Virus record (IMG/VR): IMGVR_UViG_2703718827_000011
Location: 1-5,241 of that record
DNA: 5,241 nucleotides
Reading direction: 5' to 3' (one strand)
Source: a virus
Lineage: Duplodnaviria; Heunggongvirae; Uroviricota; Caudoviricetes
In this document: piece by piece, positions 1-5,241 of the stretch
Layout of the letters: every line of letters starts with the position of its first letter
Position numbering within the stretch: the first letter of the stretch is position 1
Position numbers and translations under genes: made by a program
The notes under the pieces: model-generated
Told to the model about the DNA's origin: nothing
The model's database searches: none
The model's input: the letters and a program-made list of their open reading frames with translations, nothing else

Positions 1-1194
1 ATGATCACCGACACAAAGCTCAGGAAGGCGCTCGGCAAGAAAAGAGATGATATCGAGATTATTTCTGATTCGCACGGGCTCAACGCCAGAATCAGCCAGG
101 CCGGAAAAATATCATTTTTCTATCGGTATCGCTGGGCCGGTAAAGCGGTAAAACTCAATGTTGGTGATTATCCTGCAATGAGTATCACCCAGGCAAGAGA
201 GCGTCGCCAACAATTCAGAAACTGGTTAACTGAGGGACTGGATCCGCGAGAGCAGGTGAAGCTGGATAAGCAGACCCGACAGGAAGCGATGTCCGTTGCC
301 GAAGCGTTCAATTACTGGATTGAAAGGCACTGTATCGCTAACGGGCTAGTTAAAGTCGATTACTATCGCCAGGTGTTTGAGAAACATATCGCCGAACCGA
401 TGAAGAATGTCAAAGTCGATAACACAGCGAAAATGCACTGGATCAACGTCTTCGATTCTATAGAAAGCAGGGTGATGGCTCATTACATGCTTTCGCTGTG
501 CAAACGGGCGTTTAGGTTCTGCGTTAACAGAAGTGTGATCGCCTCAAACCCACTCGAGGGATTACTGCCATCTGATGTCGGGCAAAAGCCTAAAAAGAGA
601 ACTCGCAGGATGGACGATGACGATCTGCGCAAAATCTATCAGTGGTTGAAAAGCCATATGTCGATAGAGTCCGTTTTCCTGGTGAAATTTATTATGCTTA
701 CCGGATGCCGTACGGCTGAGATTCGACTTAGTGAGAGATCATGGTTTCGATTGGATGATAATGAGTGGGTCGTGCCTGCGGGCAGTTATAAAACTCGGGT
801 ACATATTAGAAGGGGACTCTCAGACGCCGCCGTTAACCTGGTCAGAAATCACCTCAAGAAAATAAACACCAATCACCTGGTGACTTCACAACGTAAAATT
901 GATGGCGGGATCAAAGATTCGCCCGTTCATTCACCTGTGGCATCCAATTACGCCCGTTCTATTTGGAATGGAACAGGTATGGCAGAGTGGTCGCTTCATG
1001 ATATGAGGCGGACGATAGCCACAAATCTCTCTGAGTTAGGTTGCCCGCCGCACGTAATTGAAAAGCTGCTCGGGCATCAGATGGTGGGGGTTATGGCGCA
1101 TTACAACCTTCATGACTATATCGATGATCAGAAACACTGGCTCCGCGTTTGGCAGAGCCATCTTGAAGAGATCATCGGAGAGCCCTTCAGTTAA
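1..1194 (+). CDS. int: Tyrosine site-specific recombinase (phage integrase, P4/CP4-57-like with N-terminal arm-binding domain)
   Basis: 397-aa ORF starting with ATG at position 1 and ending TAA at 1192-1194. The N-terminus ([49 protein letters not shown]) matches the P4-type integrase arm-binding region from memory. The C-terminus carries the catalytic pattern [11 protein letters not shown] ... [18 protein letters not shown] (R, H-x-x-R, Y). The RBS cannot be seen because the window starts at the ATG. Confidence 0.9.
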
Positions 1195-1388
1195 TTTATC
1201 TTCTTTTTATCCTCCCACTCTTTGATTGACTCAGAGCGCCAGCGGTTAGGGTTGCCGGGCCAGTCAGGGGGTGGGAACGGGCATACGAAGCCCCGAGGCA
1301 TTGTGTCTGCACTTTGCCATGACCAAAGGGTTTTGCGTGAAATTTTGTAGCGACTGGTCAGGTCTGACGTTACCAAAATATCATCCAT
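1191..1388 (-). CDS. AlpA-family DNA-binding protein (phage excisionase / transcriptional regulator, winged-helix)
   Basis: 65 aa from ATG at 1388-1386, preceded by GGAGAG about 5 nt upstream. The ORF-track start at 1433 is a TTG extension. The pattern [16 protein letters not shown]...[30 protein letters not shown] resembles E. coli AlpA (..TIYDWL...FPK...GW.E.EIDEWL). It lies next to the integrase at the distal end of the leftward operon. Confidence 0.7.
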
Positions 1389-1429
1389 AGCTCTCTCCAG
1401 TTGCCCGTTCGGGCCATTCAAAATCTTTT

Positions 1430-1672
1430 TCAACCAACCTGCCCGGGCAGGGAGCGGAGACGGCGCATGCCGGTCATCGCTGTGGCCACGTAGCTCGCCT
1501 TTCGGTTCACCACCTCCACCCAGACTTTCACGCCTTCAACCTTCACCGTATAAGTCTCTTTCATCTTGCTTCGCCCATAGTCGCCATATGTTTGCAAGTG
1601 AGCCGCCAGCGCAACATCGCAAGCGCGGCGACCAATAGGTGATTGCTTACTGCGATTAATCAGCTTCATCAT
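1430..1672 (-). CDS. Hypothetical small phage protein (80 aa), function unknown
   Basis: ORF with ATG at 1672-1670 (tandem ATG ATG; the track's first codon is GTG at 1675). GGGAG sits 7 nt upstream. Stop TGA at 1432-1430, 41 nt before the AlpA-like ATG. Same strand and operon as exo and xis. No family recognised. Confidence 0.55.
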   Translation of the reverse strand: MMKLINRSKQSPIGRRACDVALAAHLQTYGDYGRSKMKETYTVKVEGVKVWVEVVNRKASYVATAMTGMRRLRSLPGQVG

Positions 1673-1777
1673 CACTGCACTCCCAAAGTGGCTACGACAT
1701 CACTCGCTGTTTCGCGGGTACTGCCTTTGCTGGATATAGCCCGGTGCGCCCTGGCCTGCGGTAAAATGGTGTGCGTT

Positions 1778-2395
1778 TCATGCTGCACGCTCTGTGATTT
1801 TCTGAATTTCCGATTCCAGATCTGCAAGGAAGCTCTTAACCTCAGATTCGATTTCGCGCGCCAGCTCTTCATCGAAATGAATCCGCTTCTTGAAATAGGC
1901 GAGGTCAGGCGGCAGGCGATCATCGAAACTAACGAAATCACACCATTTCCGCCCGGTGCACATCATCTGTGCATGCATTTGCAGCATGTACTGGCGCTTT
2001 GGCTCACCAGTTTTCAGCGTTTCAAGATGGGTCCAGGTGTTGGGGCATTTGATTTCGATAAGCCCGTCGTCGTTGACAAGTCCGTCCGGGCTGGCTGCGA
2101 ATCCGGGTATGGTTGGGTGATCGATGAGCCCAACTTCAGTGATTGCCGCATTGAACTCATTCAGCGCGTACATTTCGCGTGCCACTGGCTCAAGTTCAGT
2201 GCCGCGCATCATCGCGGCATTCGAAAACCCTTCCTCCAGCTTCCCGGTCAGCCGTTGGCAAATCAGCTCGGCCATGTAGTTCTGGCGGCTGGTGGAGTAG
2301 CCCGACTTAGTCCGGGCCATGACATCAGCCAGGCGACTGGCTGTGACCTTGCCGCAGCGCGCAGCAAACCATTCAGGGGTGCGTTGCTCTATCAT
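1778..2395 (-). CDS. exo: YqaJ / lambda Exo-type 5'-3' alkaline exonuclease (PD-(D/E)XK), recombination partner of Bet
   Basis: 205 aa. N-terminal RTPEWFAARCGKVTASRLADVMA is the YqaJ-domain signature. The catalytic core GFAASPDGLVNDDGLIEIKCP parallels lambda Exo SPDGLCSDGNGLELKCP. ATG at 2395-2393 overlaps the bet stop (ATGA), with GGAGG 4 nt upstream. Confidence 0.85.
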   Translation of the reverse strand: MIEQRTPEWFAARCGKVTASRLADVMARTKSGYSTSRQNYMAELICQRLTGKLEEGFSNAAMMRGTELEPVAREMYALNEFNAAITEVGLIDHPTIPGFAASPDGLVNDDGLIEIKCPNTWTHLETLKTGEPKRQYMLQMHAQMMCTGRKWCDFVSFDDRLPPDLAYFKKRIHFDEELAREIESEVKSFLADLESEIQKITERAA

Positions 2396-3138
2396 TCAGC
2401 CTCCGTCTCTGCGACATTGACAGGTTCGGCGTTGTCGACAGCAAGACTCATGTCATACATGCGTCGTTTCTCAACTGCGCCGATCACCTGTTTCTCTTCG
2501 GCGCTCAGCGCCACCCAGAACTCCTGATACTTAACGGTTCCAAGGCGCGCGGCGGACTCACCTTTTGCGATCAGTTCCGGGCGGCGGCTATCTGATTCAT
2601 GGCCCGCATGAACCTCTGCCGTTGTTCCTTCAATTACTCGCTCTGCCTCGTCCTGGTCGAAGATGCCAGCGAAACCAAAGGCCAGACGCGCGCACTGGAT
2701 CAGCGTCTTGTGGCGAAGCATGCGGGTAGGGTGGGACTGCCATGGCTGAGTGTTGCGTTTGCACTCTCCCATGTACTCGGTGACGATGGTCGGGTGCTTA
2801 CGGTCTTTGCGGTAAATCTTGCAGGTACACGCGCCTTCCTCCTTGTCGTAAGAGAATTCCATGCCGTCAAACTGAGGATGTTCGTTGATAATGCGAGCCC
2901 ATCCATCAACGCCGACGACCGGGACAATCCCGCCTTTATCTGGAAAGGCATAAATCTCTTTGGTCCATGGGTTCAGGCCGTACTGGTTGGCGACGATTAG
3001 CAGGGCTGTAAATTGCTCGTCCGTGACGTTGCCACCTTTGAACGCTGTATTCTTCAGCGTATTCATCAGGTCTGTACCGGCATCCATGCCGAGGCGTGCG
3101 GCCAGTTTCCCGGCCATGGTGGAAAGTGCAGTACTCAT
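2392..3138 (-). CDS. bet: Single-strand annealing protein, lambda Bet (Red-beta) homologue, RecT/Bet superfamily
   Basis: From ATG at 3138 the protein begins MSTALSTMAGKLAARLGMD and contains LLIVANQYGLNPWTKEIYAFPDKGGIVPVVGVDGW...QFDGMEF...CKIYRKDRKHP...PWQSHPTRMLRHKTLIQCARLAFGFAGI. These are near-identical in long stretches to lambda Bet as recalled. GAGGGA lies 7 nt upstream. The track start at 3153 is a TTG extension. Confidence 0.92.
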   Translation of the reverse strand: MSTALSTMAGKLAARLGMDAGTDLMNTLKNTAFKGGNVTDEQFTALLIVANQYGLNPWTKEIYAFPDKGGIVPVVGVDGWARIINEHPQFDGMEFSYDKEEGACTCKIYRKDRKHPTIVTEYMGECKRNTQPWQSHPTRMLRHKTLIQCARLAFGFAGIFDQDEAERVIEGTTAEVHAGHESDSRRPELIAKGESAARLGTVKYQEFWVALSAEEKQVIGAVEKRRMYDMSLAVDNAEPVNVAETEAE

Positions 3139-3156
3139 TGTTAAATCCCTCAAAAA

Positions 3157-3441
3157 TTAAAACGGGCAGCCGGTACGGTGTTCCCAGTCGTATTCCGCCT
3201 GGGCGTAAGCAACTGCCGAAATGAAATCGTTGTAGGCCTCGCCAGCTTTATCGCTGCGAAGCCCTTCGTATGGGCTGGAGTCTATCGGGATCGTGAAGTG
3301 GAAGAGGCCGGACGGCTCTTTAGGCATCATGTCGATGATTTTCTGCGCCCGGTCGTCGATCCACTTCTCTTTCTCGTCGGTGATCTGCTGCTCAGCCCAG
3401 CGCCGATCTTCGATGCGGTCGTAAGTGAGGTATGCGTTCAT
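3157..3441 (-). CDS. gam: Gam-like host-nuclease (RecBCD) inhibitor, short GamS-like form
   Basis: 94 aa starting MNAYLTYDRIEDRRWAEQQITDEKEK, against lambda GamS [28 protein letters not shown] as recalled. Similar length, and positioned immediately upstream of bet as in lambda. ATG at 3441, with TGAGG 5 nt upstream. Confidence 0.7.
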   Translation of the reverse strand: MNAYLTYDRIEDRRWAEQQITDEKEKWIDDRAQKIIDMMPKEPSGLFHFTIPIDSSPYEGLRSDKAGEAYNDFISAVAYAQAEYDWEHRTGCPF

Positions 3442-3448
3442 GGTTGCC

Positions 3449-4420
3449 TCAGTAATGAATTTTCGCGCAGGGGATCAGGTCATCTTTCAGAGCGGTAAGC
3501 ACTTCGATAGCCTGCTCGCGGGTTAAGCTGGTTTGGCTGGTGAGCGCGTTAACGATGTTGGTGCCGACCGTCTTGCGGTGCTTAACGTCAGCTTCACGCT
3601 TTGCCTGCTCATCGGCGAGGCGCTTCTCTTCGGCCAGGCGGGCATCTTCGGCCTGTTTGGCCTTCAGGCGCTCGGCTTCAACCGCCGCGGCTTTTTCGCG
3701 TTCCGCCCGGGCTTCCGCTTCCTGCTTCTCGCGAGCTGCACGCTGTTCCGCTTCGACGCGCTGGCGCTCCGCCAGTTCAGCGCGGGCTTTCTCTTCGGCT
3801 TCACGGCGCGCTGCGGCTTCAATCTCCGCTTTGTGCTTCGCTTCGGCATCGCGGCGGGCTTGTTCTGCCGCTTCCTGTTTCAGCCGATCATCACGTTCAC
3901 GCTGAGCCTGTTCCGCCAGACGGCGCTGCTCTTCGCGGTCACGGTCAAAATCCTTGTTCATCAGTAGAGCCATTTCGTGGTCCGCTTCGAACTTGGCAGC
4001 CAGCTCCTGATCGAACCTGATGTTCATCTCCAGCGCTTCGGCGTGCATCGCGTTCATGGCTTCTTCAGCCTTAATGCGTTCCTGCTCGGCTTCCCATTCG
4101 GTGAGTGGGCGGCGGGTCGCATCGCGCAGCTCGTCGCAGGCATCAACGAATCGCTTAATTTCGGCCTCAGCCGGACGCACAGCCTCTTTCAGGCGCTTCA
4201 GGTACTCACGGCCCGGCTTTTCGATTGCCGTCTTGCTGCGGGACACCTGCGCTGCCAGAGAGGCAACACGGTCACGGCCTTTCTTCGTGGACAGGTCCGG
4301 CACTTCGTTTACAGCCTGGCGGATTTGCTCAAGGTACGCGTCAAGGCCGCCCGCTACGTAAAGCACTGGGGCCTGTTCCGGCTTGATTTCGATGACAGTT
4401 AAGTCCGTTACTTCGCTCAT
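3449..4420 (-). CDS. Hypothetical protein with a long E/R/A/K-rich charged helical (single-alpha-helix / coiled-coil-like) central segment; function unknown
   Basis: 323-aa ORF with ATG at 4420 and AGGAG 5 nt upstream. Stop TGA at 3451-3449, 7 nt before the gam ATG, so it is co-transcribed. Three parts: an N-terminal region of about 140 aa, a central run of about 130 aa of almost pure E/R/A/K/Q (e.g. AEQARRDAEAKHKAEIEAAARREAEEKARAELAERQRVEAEQRAAREKQEAEARAEREK), and a C-terminal tail of about 40 aa (TVGTNIVNALTSQTSLTREQAIEVLTALKDDLIPCAKIHY). No family recognised. Confidence 0.8.
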   Translation of the reverse strand: MSEVTDLTVIEIKPEQAPVLYVAGGLDAYLEQIRQAVNEVPDLSTKKGRDRVASLAAQVSRSKTAIEKPGREYLKRLKEAVRPAEAEIKRFVDACDELRDATRRPLTEWEAEQERIKAEEAMNAMHAEALEMNIRFDQELAAKFEADHEMALLMNKDFDRDREEQRRLAEQAQRERDDRLKQEAAEQARRDAEAKHKAEIEAAARREAEEKARAELAERQRVEAEQRAAREKQEAEARAEREKAAAVEAERLKAKQAEDARLAEEKRLADEQAKREADVKHRKTVGTNIVNALTSQTSLTREQAIEVLTALKDDLIPCAKIHY

Positions 4421-4490
4421 GGTTTCTCCTGAAATTTGGATGTGCAGATCCCGCCCGCGTAATGCCAGGCCGATCGGTTGAATAGGGTGG

Positions 4491-4688
4491 TTACTGCTGC
4501 GCGATGGATTTCGCCGGGAACTCGCCGTTGCGGATGATGCTTTCTACCGGCCAGCACTCAGCTGACACTTTCTGCTCTGTAGCTGCCAGGCTGCATTCCT
4601 GCTGGCTGTCGTAAACGCCGAGAATGACATCCTGATAATCACCGTTGGTCATTGCCACGGTCAGGACGAGTGCGAATAAAGTTTCCAT
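4491..4688 (-). CDS. Hypothetical small protein (65 aa) with hydrophobic N-terminal segment; possibly a Kil-like host-interfering peptide
   Basis: ATG at 4688-4686 preceded by GGGAGGA about 11 nt upstream; stop TAA at 4493-4491. Sequence METLFALVLTVAMTNGDYQDVILGVYDSQQECSLAATEQKVSAECWPVESIIRNGEFPAKSIAQQ. The ORF-track version (to 4742) is a non-ATG extension. The Kil-like suggestion rests only on position and a loose N-terminal resemblance recalled from memory. Confidence 0.5.
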   Translation of the reverse strand: METLFALVLTVAMTNGDYQDVILGVYDSQQECSLAATEQKVSAECWPVESIIRNGEFPAKSIAQQ

Positions 4689-4936
4689 CAGTGAAGAGTC
4701 CTCCCGATGGCGACGGCGTAAAGGCGTTTTGCTTCTTCCCACGCCGGAGCATTGCGATGGAGTACCGCGAACGACGCGAGCCGTTGGGCCTCTCTGATCT
4801 GCTGCTGATTTACCATGATTACCTCTTAGCCTTATCGCGGCGAACGGAACGGTTAATACAAGACTTCTGCGCTAATGGGCGGTGGATGGCCGCCGGTTGT
4901 CATAACTAAGCCGCCTCGGTGAAGCGACTGAGGTAT

Positions 4937-4961
4937 GAAAAAAGCCGCTGGTTAGGCGGCT
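4937..4961 (-). terminator. Putative rho-independent terminator on the - strand (GC-rich 6-bp stem, 7-nt loop, followed by a U6 tract)
   Basis: The + strand reads AAAAAA-GCCGC-TGGTTAG-GCGGC-T. On the - strand transcript this is a stem-loop AGCCGC/GCGGCU followed directly by UUUUUU. A second imperfect hairpin (CCTCGGT...ACTGAGG, about 4912-4933) lies just downstream on the - strand. Confidence 0.4.
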
Positions 4962-5142
4962 ATTGATTGAAATTAAATGAGCGGGGAGATATTTGGCTTG
5001 CAGCCCTGCAAAATGCGCTATCAAGGAATTGATACTTATGTCGCCACACTCTGCCGCGCTGATCACCATGCTTTGCACAATCAGGTCGGCGCATCATGGT
5101 GAAATGAACCACTGTTTCGCTTGTAGCTTTAGGTTTACGCAT
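4960..5142 (-). CDS. Low-confidence small basic ORF (60 aa from first in-window ATG; frame stays open to the window edge, so the gene may start beyond 5241)
   Basis: ATG at 5142-5140 with GAGGG 7 nt upstream. Stop TAG at 4962-4960 lies inside the terminator stem. Product MRKPKATSETVVHFTMMRRPDCAKHGDQRGRVWRHKYQFLDSAFCRAASQISPRSFNFNQ is R/K/H-rich. Third-position GC is not elevated, so coding status is uncertain. Confidence 0.25.
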   Translation of the reverse strand: MRKPKATSETVVHFTMMRRPDCAKHGDQRGRVWRHKYQFLDSAFCRAASQISPRSFNFNQ

Positions 5143-5241
5143 GCTCTTACCCTCTGTCGTTACCCGCTGATGCGGGAGAAATGCTTTGTGGTGCAGCGCC
5201 GGGTGCTTATCTTCCGGTTGCCGTCGATGCAGCTGCAATTC

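Noticed and set aside
1389-1433. ORF-track N-terminal extensions of xis (to 1433), bet (3139-3153) and the small protein (4689-4742)
   Set aside because: These extended starts are TTG or GTG codons without a Shine-Dalgarno. In each case an in-frame ATG with a good SD lies downstream, and for bet it matches the lambda Bet N-terminus (MSTAL...).
1672-1941. 89-aa - strand ORF overlapping the 3' end of exo
   Set aside because: It is out of frame with exo over about 160 nt and has an R/S-rich composition. The conserved exo reading frame explains this DNA.
1643-2527. 294-aa + strand ORF
   Set aside because: It lies antisense to the well-supported exo gene and the 3' end of bet. The product is low-complexity (Cys/Ala/Leu-rich), has no RBS context and no recognisable domain. 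It is an open antisense frame in GC-rich coding DNA.
2599-3000. 133-aa + strand ORF, plus the nested 83-aa - strand ORF at 2700-2951
   Set aside because: Both lie entirely within bet, antisense or out of frame. Bet is near-identical to lambda Bet over this span, so these are shadow ORFs.
2960-3498. + strand ORFs of 66 aa (2960-3160) and 106 aa (3178-3498)
   Set aside because: Both are antisense to the bet N-terminus and to gam. They have no SD and an implausible composition.
3533-4402. Five + strand ORFs (144, 121, 139, 141 and 113 aa) plus a 61-aa - strand ORF at 3664-3849
   Set aside because: They are artefacts of the repetitive GC-rich DNA encoding the charged helix of the 323-aa protein. 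The translations are Ala/Arg/Ser/Leu/Phe homopolymer-like, and they overlap each other in all frames.
4878-4894. GC hairpin GGCGG-TGGATGG-CCGCC
   Set aside because: No adjacent U-tract on either strand, and a 5-bp stem is expected by chance in GC-rich DNA. It is not called as a terminator or regulatory element.
4652-4909. 85-aa + strand ORF
   Set aside because: It is antisense to the start of the 65-aa gene and to the leader. It has no RBS, and its Arg/Pro-rich composition is not protein-like.
4872-5078. 68-aa - strand ORF
   Set aside because: It reads straight through the terminator hairpin and ends in a low-complexity tail. The ATG at 5069 has no convincing SD. It is less consistent with the terminator than the other - strand frame.
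5142-5176. boxA-like GCTCTTAC followed by hairpin CCCGC-TGAT-GCGGG (a nut-site look-alike)
   Set aside because: It is on the + strand, whereas the operon is transcribed on the - strand. The loop is 4 nt rather than the boxB pentaloop, and the spacing is longer than in lambda nut sites. It is most likely coincidental unless a rightward transcript exists.
1-5241. Search for CRISPR repeats, tRNA/rRNA genes, IS-element inverted repeats and att-site direct repeats
   Set aside because: No regularly spaced direct repeats, no cloverleaf-compatible conserved tRNA motifs and no terminal inverted repeats were seen. Coding density and synteny account for essentially the whole window.

Overview
This window reads as the integration/recombination arm of an enterobacterial-type temperate phage or prophage. 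A P4-type tyrosine integrase (1-1194, +) converges on a leftward (- strand) operon. Reading in the direction of transcription, that operon encodes a small protein with a hydrophobic N-terminus (4688-4491), an unrecognised 323-aa protein with a long E/R/A/K-rich helical segment (4420-3449), a Gam-like RecBCD inhibitor, a lambda Bet homologue, a YqaJ/lambda-Exo-type exonuclease, an 80-aa unknown protein, and an AlpA-family excisionase/regulator. The right-hand 500 bp looks regulatory: a hairpin plus T-tract terminator on the - strand, a perfect palindrome, and overlapping low-confidence small ORFs. No rRNA, tRNA or CRISPR array was seen. The best candidates for undescribed biology are the 323-aa charged-helix protein and the small protein upstream of it. 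Both sit in the kil/cIII-equivalent slot next to gam, where lambdoid phages keep host-takeover and anti-defence genes. All family assignments come from reading the translations against remembered sequences, not from a database search. Several ORF-track start codons are non-ATG (TTG/GTG) extensions and were trimmed to the first ATG with a Shine-Dalgarno.
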